A stretch of 32,377 bases of DNA from an uncultured virus (IMG/VR IMGVR_UViG_3300037067_008364) (Duplodnaviria > Heunggongvirae > Uroviricota > Caudoviricetes), in the IMG/VR virus record IMGVR_UViG_3300037067_008364, positions 62,001 through 94,377 of that record; one strand, written 5' to 3'. Under the pieces are notes generated by a model. That model did not search any database. It saw nothing but the letters and a program-made list of their open reading frames with translations, and was not told the origin of the DNA. Position 1 is the first letter of the stretch. Each line of letters begins with the position of its first letter. Positions 1 through 11,500 of the stretch are shown here, piece after piece. Position numbers and translations under genes: made by a program.

Positions 1-1920
1 CAAACCGTGCTCAAGTATGGTACTCTCGGGGATATAGCAGATTATATTACGGAGAATGCTACCAATATAGGCGGTACTAACGTCAGCGATATCGACCCTG
101 TTGTTGATCCTACGGCAACTGGTACTCCGACTGGCCTTACTCTTACAACTAGTGGTGTGTATTTCTCTCCAGCTACATCTGGTGGATGGACTGCATATGC
201 GCGTCTTGAATGGGATGCTAATACTGAAGATAATTTTGGTCATTATATCGTTAGGTACAAAAGAAGTTCTGATTCTTTATATTCATACGTAACAGCTTAT
301 AATAGTGCAAGACAGATAGATGGTCTCATACCCGGGCAAGAATATAATTTCGGCGTGTGCAGCGTTAACAAAGCAGGATTCGCATCAGATTACTGTTTAA
401 GCATTACAGAAACATTGACCGCTGATGCTGTAGCTCCCAATGCCCCAAGCAATGTCAGTGCTGCCGGTGGGCCGGGATATGCTGTTATAGATTGGGATGC
501 CAATACCGAAACAGATTTAAGTTATTATAATATATACAGGAATACAGTAAGTGATTTTGTATCGTCAGTATTGGTAGGTAATTCCAGCACTGAATACTTT
601 ATAGATTCAAACGATGGCAGTGGATATCTCGCTAAGGCTACATGGTATTATTTTGTCACAGCTGTTGATACATCAGGAAATGAATCTTCTGCATCCACTG
701 TTGCATCTGCTACGGTTGTAAAAGTATCAGATACTCATGTTGAATATCTATCAGCAAGCAAGATTCTCATAGACGGCGTTGTGTATTTGTCTAATTGGAG
801 ACACGGTTCTGATGCCACAAAAATAGATGGTGGAGATATTTACACTGGAAGTGTAACGGCTGACAAAATAACTACAACATATTTGTCATCTATTCAGGCT
901 AACATGGGGTCTATCACTGCCGGGTCTATCGTAATCACAACCGGTTCAGACAAGATATGGTTAAATGACGGTGGTGACGGAGGATTAAATATTGGTGGAG
1001 GAACAAAGGCTAGTGCTCCATTCAGAGTAAGCGCAGCGGGAGCATTGGTTGCGACGAGTGCCACTATTTCTGGTACAGTTACATCTGGAACAGCAGGTGC
1101 ACAGAGAATTTATCTTGATGGTTCAACTGGAAAACTTGAACTATATGATTCTAGTAATAATTTAAAAGTACAAATAGATGATGATTCAACAAATGGGTAT
1201 ATAACAGTTGGAGATGTGGTTGGCGGATATACAAAAAATAAAGTAGCTTTATATACTAATACTATTTATGTTATGAATACAACATCTACAGATGAAACAT
1301 TTTATAGTTATTATACTGGTACAAGTCCTATTGTAAAAACATTTAGTATTACAGCTGGTGGTGTTCTTACTGCATATAGTAATATATTTTCATCTACTGG
1401 ATACGTTGATTCTGCTGCTGGATATTATGAAAGCGGAACTGAAATTATTACAACAACCAAAGCAATCCAAAATATTACCACAATAACAAACTCAGGACTT
1501 ATTGATTGTGGAAATTATGTAGACGCTGCCAGTGGATTCAAGGTGAATGGCACAGAGATAATAAATAGTTCACGAGTAATGTCAAACGTAACACTTCCAA
1601 ATCATTCAGCAGCTCTTGTGACATCTGGATACATGGATTGTGCAAGAGTACACAGTGCGTCAACCAATAAGATAGCTTATTTCGATTCAAGTACCGGTAT
1701 ACTTTCAGCATCAGGAGTTACTAATACAACACTTGGTTACCTTGATATATCATCATCACTTACAACGCTATTAGCTGGCAAGGCATCCACATCGCATTCA
1801 CATTCAATCAGCGACATTACAGGACTGTATGCAAACGAAATGGTGACAAATAACGATAGTGGTACTCCTTCACTTGGACAACGACCTGTATGGAGTACTG
1901 GGTATTGGGCATATTCATAA
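1..1920 (+). CDS. Tail fibre/host-specificity protein with two fibronectin type III domains (5' end probably outside window)
   Basis: Frame is open from base 1. Two FN3-like repeats (PTGLTL..LEWDAN..YIVRYK..GLIPGQEYNFGVCSVN; PSNVSA..DWDANTE..YNIYR..YFVTAVDTSGNES) are followed by a G/S/T-rich fibre-like region (IDGGDIYTGSVTADKI, APFRVSAAG). Confidence 0.75.
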   Translation, partial: QTVLKYGTLGDIADYITENATNIGGTNVSDIDPVVDPTATGTPTGLTLTTSGVYFSPATSGGWTAYARLEWDANTEDNFGHYIVRYKRSSDSLYSYVTAYNSARQIDGLIPGQEYNFGVCSVNKAGFASDYCLSITETLTADAVAPNAPSNVSAAGGPGYAVIDWDANTETDLSYYNIYRNTVSDFVSSVLVGNSSTEYFIDSNDGSGYLAKATWYYFVTAVDTSGNESSASTVASATVVKVSDTHVEYLSASKILIDGVVYLSNWRHGSDATKIDGGDIYTGSVTADKITTTYLSSIQANMGSITAGSIVITTGSDKIWLNDGGDGGLNIGGGTKASAPFRVSAAGALVATSATISGTVTSGTAGAQRIYLDGSTGKLELYDSSNNLKVQIDDDSTNGYITVGDVVGGYTKNKVALYTNTIYVMNTTSTDETFYSYYTGTSPIVKTFSITAGGVLTAYSNIFSSTGYVDSAAGYYESGTEIITTTKAIQNITTITNSGLIDCGNYVDAASGFKVNGTEIINSSRVMSNVTLPNHSAALVTSGYMDCARVHSASTNKIAYFDSSTGILSASGVTNTTLGYLDISSSLTTLLAGKASTSHSHSISDITGLYANEMVTNNDSGTPSLGQRPVWSTGYWAYS

Positions 1921-1932
1921 CATGGAGATTAT

Positions 1933-2271
1933 ATGCAAACAATAACGTATAAAGTTAATTTGAATGTTCCTGAACGTATTTACCTTGATGATGTTCTTTC
2001 ATCGTTACATGGTACATATATTATGATGAAAGGCATACGACAATTACAGGAAGAATTATCATTCACTTCAGAAGAAAAAGTTGCATATGGATTAATCAGT
2101 TCAAATAACGTTATAACATGGACAAATAATCAGGAAAGAGAATTTATTATTGTTGAGGATGTAAACAAAGAGATTCAAGATGTTCTTAAGAAACTTGATA
2201 CATCTGGTATTTTAGAACATAAACATATTAGTCTTTATGAGAAATTTATTATTAACCAAATAGGTGAGTAA
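1933..2271 (+). CDS. Hypothetical protein (possible tail fibre chaperone)
   Basis: 112 aa ORF with GGAG SD, directly after the tail protein; function inferred from position only. Confidence 0.55.
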   Translation: MQTITYKVNLNVPERIYLDDVLSSLHGTYIMMKGIRQLQEELSFTSEEKVAYGLISSNNVITWTNNQEREFIIVEDVNKEIQDVLKKLDTSGILEHKHISLYEKFIINQIGE

Positions 2272-2273
2272 AC

Positions 2274-2747
2274 ATGCCATTATACCAAGATTACACAAGA
2301 GCTTTATCTGACATATCGGCTATGCCGAATTCAATGATGGCAGTAAAGCAACCGGCTGCACAGCAAGCGTTGAATACTTACGTGTCCGGTGAAGCTTCTA
2401 CTCTTGGGTCTACCATCAGGCTTGATACCGCTGCCAAGCAGAGCGCTTTTGAGAATGCCATGGGTCGCCGTGGATTGGAGCGCGGTATACGTGAATCAAA
2501 TCTTGGTACTGGTTTAGCGATAGGCGGTATAGGAGTAGAAGCATATACATCAAAGCTTGCTCTGATGAAAGACCTTCAGCGACAGAAAGATAATGAAGAG
2601 CTTATGAATAGATGGGAGACTTTGTTTACGCTCATACGTGATGACAATAAAGCGATGCGTAACATATACAATGAATTCGCCAGAAACGCAAGTGGGCTTT
2701 ACCCTTCGCCTTCAGGTGAATTTGTTCCGCAAGGTGGGATTAAGTAA
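2274..2747 (+). CDS. Putative internal virion/ejection protein (small)
   Basis: 157 aa, Ala/Gln-rich with a Gly-rich hydrophobic patch (LGTGLAIGGIGV); first of four tightly packed genes of increasing size. Confidence 0.5.
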   Translation: MPLYQDYTRALSDISAMPNSMMAVKQPAAQQALNTYVSGEASTLGSTIRLDTAAKQSAFENAMGRRGLERGIRESNLGTGLAIGGIGVEAYTSKLALMKDLQRQKDNEELMNRWETLFTLIRDDNKAMRNIYNEFARNASGLYPSPSGEFVPQGGIK

Positions 2748-3820
2748 TGGCTACTTATCAATATGCAATTAATCCTCTTTTGTTTGACAGGACATCACAG
2801 CAGAAATATGCATTCTCACAGATGCAGCCTTCACGTTCAGAGATGGTTCGTGCAGCCGCGAGTTTCTATCCCGAGATAAAAGCTAATATATACAATCAGC
2901 AGCAGGCTGAAGAAGCCATGGCTCTTGAACGCAGGCTGGCAAGACAGCAGGCAAGACAGAGTAATATAGCAACTGGCATTCAGGCTGCGAAAGTTGGACT
3001 GGTAGATACCGGAGCATACAAACCGATTTACGAACACGGTATCAAACCATTGTATCAAGGAATGACAGGATTAACATCAGTACCCAATACAACACAATCT
3101 TCAATACCAACCATTCCATCTCGTTTCAATGATGTCATGCTCAACACAGGTGCTCCTCCAGTACAGTCATCATCATTACCCATTGGAAGTGAACTTGGCA
3201 CAGGTGTTACAAACGCCACGGTGCCAGCAACACAAACAGGAACCGGAGTATTCGGTACAGGGTTGACACCATTAGGAGTAGGAAGCGCAGCATTTTCAGG
3301 TTACGGCATGGGTCAGATGGCGCAGAACTATAACTGGGGAAATAAACTGTTCGGTGATATTGCAGGAAAACGTGAACGCAATATGGCTACCGGAGCCCTG
3401 TCTGGGTTTCTTACCGGATTCGTTGGCACAGGATTCAACCCAATCGGCGGTGCAATAGGCGCGGCAGGTGGAGCAGCTGGAGCATGTATTATAGTAACGG
3501 TATGCACATCACCGGACTCGTATGAAGTCAATGTTACACGCGAATATAGAAAACGTTTCATGGACGCTGAAAGCATACGAGGATACTACATGCTCGCAGA
3601 CCAGTTAGTTCCGCTGTTGAAAAAACACACCAATCTCAGAGAACTGTTCAAGATTCATCTTGTTGACAGACTCGTTGACTATGGTGAATTCAAACTGGGC
3701 AATAAAACTGAAATGATTTACAGCGAATCGCGCGACGTGGCGAAAAGCTTTTTAAGGTTATGTAAACAGATAGGCGCAACAATACCAAGGTACATTCGCA
3801 GTAACGGAGAGGTGGTGTAA
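2747..3820 (+). CDS. Putative DNA ejection/pilot protein with Gly-zipper and a CFI-box-CTERM-like C-terminal domain
   Basis: TAATG overlap with previous gene; Gln-rich coil, glycine-zipper segments (GALSGFLTGFVG..IGGAIGAAGGAAG), then CIIVT..EV..REYR..RGYY. Confidence 0.55.
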   Translation: MATYQYAINPLLFDRTSQQKYAFSQMQPSRSEMVRAAASFYPEIKANIYNQQQAEEAMALERRLARQQARQSNIATGIQAAKVGLVDTGAYKPIYEHGIKPLYQGMTGLTSVPNTTQSSIPTIPSRFNDVMLNTGAPPVQSSSLPIGSELGTGVTNATVPATQTGTGVFGTGLTPLGVGSAAFSGYGMGQMAQNYNWGNKLFGDIAGKRERNMATGALSGFLTGFVGTGFNPIGGAIGAAGGAAGACIIVTVCTSPDSYEVNVTREYRKRFMDAESIRGYYMLADQLVPLLKKHTNLRELFKIHLVDRLVDYGEFKLGNKTEMIYSESRDVAKSFLRLCKQIGATIPRYIRSNGEVV

Positions 3821-3822
3821 CT

Positions 3823-5517
3823 ATGCCAGCATACGATAATTACTACAGAGCAGCATCATCTACTCCTGTTATCAGTGCTATTCAAGGAATTCAAGAATCA
3901 TTGCAGAGACATACCGACAGGTTCCTTGAGGAGAAACAGCGCGAACGTGACTATGCTCTCAAACTACAGGATGTCGAACGCCAGCGTGAAGAAGCTATCC
4001 AACGCGGACTGACCGAACGTGCAGCTGTCGAAGCAGACCAGATGTTCAAGATGGCTCAGGAACGTGGGCGTTCTCAGGAATTCCAACAGAGCATAGGTGA
4101 AGAAGCAAAGCATAACCGTGCGCTTGAAACATATAATGCAGGGATACTTTCCAATCAGCAGAAAGAGACAGCACATAATATCTGGAGAACATCACCGACT
4201 ATTCTGCGCGATATCGTAGATAAGGTTATTACCGATGATAATCCAATAGTACGTGATGCTGTGAAGCGGTTTGGAAGCAAAGATGCTTTCTATGAATACA
4301 TGGATTATGCATTTAATGGTACTGGTGATGGAACAATTATAGATACTCTCATGATAACACCAGATAAATTCTTTGATGAGTATAGTAACGCTCTTCAAAA
4401 TTCGGATGCAATCAAACAATTCCAGATTAATAGGCAGGCATACGATCAAGCCAATACATATTTGAAAGATACTTTATACTTAAATTCTGTTACCGATAAA
4501 AATCCAAATGATATTGTGGGGACAGACCCGGCTACTGGTAAACCCACATTAACAGCATATCAAGAAATGCAGAATGTTTTGACAAATACCGGGCTAGATC
4601 AATATGTTGATCTTGTTGTCTACGCCACAAAACCGCCATCTAAAGATGCACAATATGCACAACTTGCTGCATTACAAGGCAATACAAGCGGACGTGTAGA
4701 AAGGCTTAAAGATGAAATTGTAGGCAAGTATACACCATCTGAAATAGAAGGTGGGAAAATAGATTTAGATTCTCTCGCTGCAACTGGTCAAACAATTGCT
4801 GAGCGCAAAGCCAATGAAGAAAAAATTAAGAAGGCAAAAGACAAGCAAGAATCATTTGGTTTTTTATATATGGTAGAACCAAAGAAAGTTACAAATACTA
4901 CCTCTCAGGGACAAAGAAATAGTATTCCTTGGAGCGTGTGGGCTGATCAGGAACAGGATCGTATTGATAGAGAAATTGCTGCACAAGAATACACGCAACT
5001 CAGCAATGCACTTACAAACGTCGGTGTCTTCCCTGAAATGCTGAACAAGGTTATCGGTTATGCAGATCAACTTGGAATCAAACAGGAAGATTATAAAGAC
5101 CCGGATAGTTTGGCTAAGGCAATGGTAAGTGCGTATTATAAACAGCAGAAAACACAATCTGTTCCCAATAAACCACAAGCTTTACCAGCTGGTGCAAAGG
5201 CTACGGCTCCTGTTGAAACAGGTATAAAAGAAACACAGACAACAGATGTCAATCAAGGTATATTGAAAAATGCACCGTTGTCTGTAAAGGCTATTGCATA
5301 TGGCATAAAAGCAGGTGCAAAACTAAATAGGTTTGATAAGAAACTTCATGACCTTGGATGGAAAACTTATAACGACGCATATTTTGGTGCTCAAAAAATG
5401 ACGCAAGATGCATATAACGCATTGTATTATGGCGTTGTAGATAACACCAAACTCCCAACACCCGAAGAAGTACAAGCATTACGTAAAATTATGGAGCAGG
5501 AAAGGTTAAAGAAATAA
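3823..5517 (+). CDS. Putative internal virion/ejection protein
   Basis: 564 aa, N-terminal Q/E/R coiled coil, helical composition, located between the pilot-like and the giant protein as in podovirus ejectosome loci. Confidence 0.5.
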   Translation: MPAYDNYYRAASSTPVISAIQGIQESLQRHTDRFLEEKQRERDYALKLQDVERQREEAIQRGLTERAAVEADQMFKMAQERGRSQEFQQSIGEEAKHNRALETYNAGILSNQQKETAHNIWRTSPTILRDIVDKVITDDNPIVRDAVKRFGSKDAFYEYMDYAFNGTGDGTIIDTLMITPDKFFDEYSNALQNSDAIKQFQINRQAYDQANTYLKDTLYLNSVTDKNPNDIVGTDPATGKPTLTAYQEMQNVLTNTGLDQYVDLVVYATKPPSKDAQYAQLAALQGNTSGRVERLKDEIVGKYTPSEIEGGKIDLDSLAATGQTIAERKANEEKIKKAKDKQESFGFLYMVEPKKVTNTTSQGQRNSIPWSVWADQEQDRIDREIAAQEYTQLSNALTNVGVFPEMLNKVIGYADQLGIKQEDYKDPDSLAKAMVSAYYKQQKTQSVPNKPQALPAGAKATAPVETGIKETQTTDVNQGILKNAPLSVKAIAYGIKAGAKLNRFDKKLHDLGWKTYNDAYFGAQKMTQDAYNALYYGVVDNTKLPTPEEVQALRKIMEQERLKK

Positions 5518-5518
5518 T

Positions 5519-8500
5519 ATGCCTGTCTTTAAAACCGATCTATCAAGACTCGCACAGATAGCGCGTGACCGTGAAGCAGAACTTCAACAGCAACAGCAGG
5601 CTGATGAACAGATTATAGGCGTACAGCCGCAGGACATGCTTAATGTTCCATCGACAAACCAAATCTATGAGCCGTTCACATATGGCGAATTAGGCAGGGA
5701 TGTAGCAAGTTCAATCGGTGCTCAGGTCAAGTCTATAGGTTATCGTGCAATAATGCCTTCTATTGATGAAGATTTCACGCAAACTTCTCCGATGGAACGC
5801 AAGGTTATGAAACTTGACCGCACAACTGAAGAGTTTGTAAAACGGTATTCGCAACCTGATGTTCCCCGCGCAATTCAGATACTTGCAAATGAGGTAGTCC
5901 CTAACCTTGGATACTCTCTCGGTATGATGGGCGCTACTGCTCCCGGTGCTGTAGCTGGCGGAGTAGCTGGAAGTGTGCTTGGTGGAGTACTTGGTGGGCC
6001 TGCCGGTGCTGTTGCAGGTAAAATCGTAGGAAGCACTATTGGTGGTCTTGCTACCGGTGTCCCCGGAGGATTGAAGGTAGTAGGTCGTCAGAAAATGGAC
6101 GAGATTGTTGATAGCATCAAACAGCGCGTTGAACCTCAGATAGGACGCAAACTTAACGATACAGAACTCAAGAACATCATTGCATACGGTGATTACGTAA
6201 ACGCTGCAAAAGGCACTGCAAATTGGGAAGTTTACCCTGAGGTTGCCGGAGACCTGCTTGCATTCGGTATAGGTAGTTTTGTCTTCAGCAGTAAAATAGC
6301 CCAGAGTCTTGTAGGGAAAGTTGCATCGAAAGGCGTTGGGAAGGTTCTGACAACAGGTGCCCCGGGAGTTGCCACCAAAGGCGCTCTTACAATGCTCGGC
6401 ACACAGCTTACAGAACAGGGTACAGAGCTTCCCACTAACTACAATCAGTCAAAGATAGATTACGAAATAGGACTGCGCGATACTCCTCCTACATGGACTG
6501 GTACCTTCAAGGAACAGTTCCGTCCTGTTGCTCTTACCACTATGATTATGGGCGGTACTATCGGTGGTGCAGGTGCACTGCATGGAGCTCTGACGAAGAA
6601 GCAGGACAACCAGACGAACATGCTTGAGGACGAGAAGGCTGTTGACGTTGCCAAACAAACTGTTACAAAAGAGATGGAAACAAAACTCAAGGTTGAAAAT
6701 ATATATTCAAAGACAGTTGATACGCTTCTTGATACACGCGACCTTGCTGCTGTCGAAGATATTCTCAAGCACACTACAGATACTGAACATAAGGTTGGTA
6801 TTCAACGAGCTATCGACGAGTACAAAGCTCTTGTCGAATCAGGCAGACTGTTCCCAGATGAAATAGCCATGGCTGAACAGCGCGGTATTGCGCCTCAGGA
6901 GAAGCGTATCGAACGCGCGTACCTGTATGATTACCTTACTGAAGACGAACTCAAATCAATCCCGCAGGAAGAAGTTAACAAGCTTTACGAACAGCGTCGC
7001 ACTCAGGATGAGATAGATCGTAACGATGCAGTCAAGAAGAATGTCGCGGATTATGATTTGCTGAAGCAGGATTTGCAGGTTCGTGAACAGGAATCTAAAG
7101 CACAGTCTCATAAATTTGAGAACGATTATAAGAAACTCGGGAAAGGGCATCGCAAGGCAATAAAACTGTTTGATGCGATGATTAAAGACGGCACCATGCT
7201 TCCGGTTCACCGTGAGATCTTCATGGAACTTACGAAGGATATGAGCGACAAGCATCTTGAGTCTCTCGATATCCAGAGCAATGCCAATCTTGATGTACCG
7301 GGCTCCGGGAAAACTACACTCGGAAGATTCACAATGGTAGAAAACAAAGAGACCGGAGAAGTTACGCCTACCATATTCATACGCAAGGCGCTTGCAAAGG
7401 AATACGCGAACCGTCTCATAGAAAAAATCCCGTTGCTGAAAGATGACGTTGACAAAACATCTGCGACAGCCGAAGCCATGTCTACATTCGCGCATGAACT
7501 TGGGCACTTCGGACGCATAGTTATTCTTCCTGAAGTTGATGCTGTTAACATATCCAATATCTATGACAGCATAGGTAAAGAGAATCTTAAGACATATCTG
7601 CTTGAACGGTTCAAGAATCTTGGATTCGATCCAAAACAATTGGACAGTGTGGCAGATCATTTCTCCAAGAACTTTGACGAGATGTTTTCGTTCCAATTCG
7701 CAGATTATACTCTCAATAATATCGTATCCGATCAGCGCATGGTTCCGTTCTTTGAACGCATTCTATTAAAACTCAAAGAGTGGCTTACTATTGCCAAACG
7801 TGACAAGACACCGATATCCTCAGAACTCAAACAGCTTGAACCGTACTTCAACCAGATTCTTTCCGAAGGCGCGATGGATGCTGTTGAAGCGATGAAGCAA
7901 AAGTATCTTGGTGGAGATGTTGGGACAGTACTTGGAAAGATACATGCGTTCTCTCCGTCGGTTACTATCGGGAATATTATCAATGAATACGTTGCCAGCG
8001 GTAAAACATCCGAGCTGTTGGGTCAGCTTGACGCGAAAGAGCGTTCAGAACTCAACCGCCGTCTAGGTAAGGCTGTTGTTCGTGATGCAAAGAATATCAA
8101 AGAAGGCGGTACACGCGAAGAATTCCCGAACCAGCAGATATCGCGCAAGAACAATGGTGCAGGATTCACGTATACCATCAAGACTCCTTGGGGTACTGTT
8201 ACATACAGAACTCGAAGTGGAAGATTTAATATCGAACCTGACACCGGGCTCGAAACCAAAGAAGAAGTTCAGGTTAAAGTTGAGGCCGAAGAGAAGGCTA
8301 AGGCAGAGGCAGAAGCTGCAAAACAACAGGCTGAAAAAGCCAAACAGGAAGAGGAAGCCAAGGCTAAGAAAGCCGAGGAAAAAGCGAAAGCTGTTGAGAA
8401 GACCAAGCCTGCGCCTAAGAAAAAACTGGAACCGATTAAAAAGGCTGAATCTAAACCTGTCAAGAAGATAGAGAAGAAGGTTGCGAAACAGCCAGAGTCG

Positions 8501-11500
8501 AAAACTAAACAGCCAGAGTCACAGCCAGAGTCAAAGAAAAAGATTGAGCCAAAAACCAAGCCCGTTAAGACCGAACCCAAAGTCGAACCTGTTAAAACAG
8601 AACCGGTAAAGCCCAAGGTACAACCTGTCGCCAAGTCAGAACGCGAAAAGATTATTAAAGAACTCAGGGATAATCCTATATCTGTTGCCAACACGCTTAT
8701 CGAAGGCCCTGTCGCATCCATGCTTGACATATACGGCGGAGCACCTGAAAAGTATGGAGGCACTATACAGAAATCATGGCTCAATACATTCAGGGTCGGG
8801 CTCAGTAAATGGGTTGACAAGAACGGTGGTACGCGAATCGGAAGCCCGAAGACGGGTTACCAGTACACGCTCACGCGTCCTTACGGTACACTGCATTACA
8901 ACGACAAGACTGGTGTGTGGAGCATTGACTTCCTCCCGGGGTTGATCAAGAAACAGAGCAAGGATAATGTGGTCAATGTTGTACATGATGGTATAGACAA
9001 TAATATGTCAATGGAGACAATTGAGTCTAATAATAAATTTGATGATGTTGGCAACCCTATCGCTCCTGTCGCCAATGCATCCCCTACCATGGATCAGCAT
9101 ACCGCATTCGACGCGCTTGAAAAACTTCGTCAACTCGCTCTCGGTGAAATGGAAAAGCCCAAAGCTGAGCAAGACCCTGTCATCATGGACGAATACGATA
9201 CCATTAACGAGTACGAATCAGCATACAAAGATGTCATGGACGAGGTTGCTGACTGGGCAAAGAGTTTCTTCAACCGTTCTGATTACGTTGATGACAACCG
9301 TCCTCAGGAAACATGGAAGGCTGCATGGTTCGGCTCTCCTGAAATAACCTACCGTGACGAAGCATCGAGGTATATGTATCTTGCTGCCCAGAGATACCCA
9401 GAAGACAAGACTGAAATATACAATTATATCATAGGTAAGGAATCAGGTTCCAAAACCGGCGAGCAACATCCAGATACCCTTACGCTTATGCGCAAGTTCA
9501 AGAAGAACAATGGCAAGTTGTATCAAAGGCTGAACCAGTTGCTTATCAATGCTGATGTCAATGGTTTGAATATAGGTTATTCATATCAACTGCTCGATGA
9601 AAACGGTAAGGTTGTCGGTCAAGCTGAAACTCGCGCAGAGGCAAAGGAAGCCGTTGCAAGCGCAAAGAACAAAGCAGTAGACTACGAACGTTATGTTGAT
9701 GAAGACAAACTGAAAAAGAACGGTCTCGCCACAAAGGAAGAACGCGATCTGTGGGAAAAAATCCGCACAATGGCTGACATGGATTTGCAGAGGAAGATAA
9801 TGACGCTCCAGCAGATTATCGACAGCAATGAAAACCGTGGGAAAAAAACACCGAAGTATACTGTCGTAGATGCAAAGGGGCGCGTCGTTGAAATCGACCT
9901 GCACAAACTTGTCAATATGATGGGTGACCTTAAGGAATGGTATTTTCCAAGACAGCGCAAGTTCAGCAAATATATGGTTATTGCGAAGAATGTTGACAAG
10001 GACGGTAATAATCTTACGCAGCCGTTCATGCAGTTCTACCGTTCAAAGATTGAAGCGCAGAAAGCTGTCAATACAATAAAGCGTAAAGGCGCGTCAATCA
10101 ACGGCAAGCGGATAAAGTATAAAGATGTACACTGGGAACGTTCGCGTCAGAATCCTGAGAACATGATTGGTGTATACGGCAAGATAAGTTCAATCGAAGC
10201 TGCGATAAGCAGTGCCGTAGAACACATGAGCAAAGCAATAGACAGACCGATGTACAAGAAACTGTCTGAAGTACCTGATATCAAATTCATATCAGACTAT
10301 GAATATACATTCAAGAAGGACTGGAAGGAACAAGGCAAGAAAGCTGGAGACAAAGAGAAACATTTTGTAATTTATACTCATGGCAATCCTTGGTATGGTG
10401 CGCTGATGTCGATGCCGGTTAAAGAGTTTTCAAAACGTTATTACGATGCCGACGAAGAAGCAATCCATTTTGTTAATCCTACCGGTAAGTTTGAAGATGC
10501 TGTCGTTGATATGATGAACAATGACCAGACACATATTGAAGACGTGCGCGACGAATTTGTAGCGTCTCTCGCAATTCATGTTGCTGATATGATTAAGTCA
10601 AGCAGTGGTCTCCGTTCGTCAATGATACGTCGTAAGGATGAGATAGGCAATAACGTCTGGGCTGGGTACGAGGAAGATCTTGTCAAATCATTCACTGAAA
10701 TGGCTCAGAAAACATCTTCAGGCGTTGCCAAGAGTCAGATGGCGCGCGACATGATGGATGCGCTTAATGGTACATATAATATCAGCCTACAAAACTTTGA
10801 AACAAATAAGGAACGGCGTGAGTGGATTCAGAAACACCGCATAGATCCATCTACGCAGACTGAAATGTATAATCATCGTCTTACGTACATAAAGCATATG
10901 CTTAAACCTCAGGATTTCGTAGATTCAATGGTTGGCACTGTAAAAATCATAGGTGCAATACGGTATCTAGGCGGATTCGTTTTTAATATAGGCGCGCCGT
11001 TTGTCAACCTTACATCGTTTATCACAACAGTACCACCTTCGATGAGTCACTTGCTCAACATGCCTTTGTCTTCCGTCCCAACATACGTTGCTCGTGGTAT
11101 AGACGCATATCGCGCATACAAGTTCAGTAAGAACCCAGACCTATCTCCCGGTGTCAAGCGTCTTATAGATTTTATCATACTTAAGGGGCAGCACGAACCT
11201 CAATTTCAGCGCGAATCGTTATCTCCTCTTAAAGGAAAACTTGGGCGAGGCACAGATAAATTCATGGAATACATGATGCTTGGATTCGGTACAAGTGAAA
11301 GTGTATTGCGTGTATCAACTATCGTCGGTTCATATATGTATCTTGAAGAACAGGCTCAGCAAGGTAAACTTACAGCCGATGTATTTGATGATATAATTAA
11401 AAAGAGTAACCTGTATCCCGGAGGAAAGTTTGATGAAGTATTAAACATTAATAATCCAAGACATATGTCAACATTATTTGAAATAGCCAAGAACGTTTCT

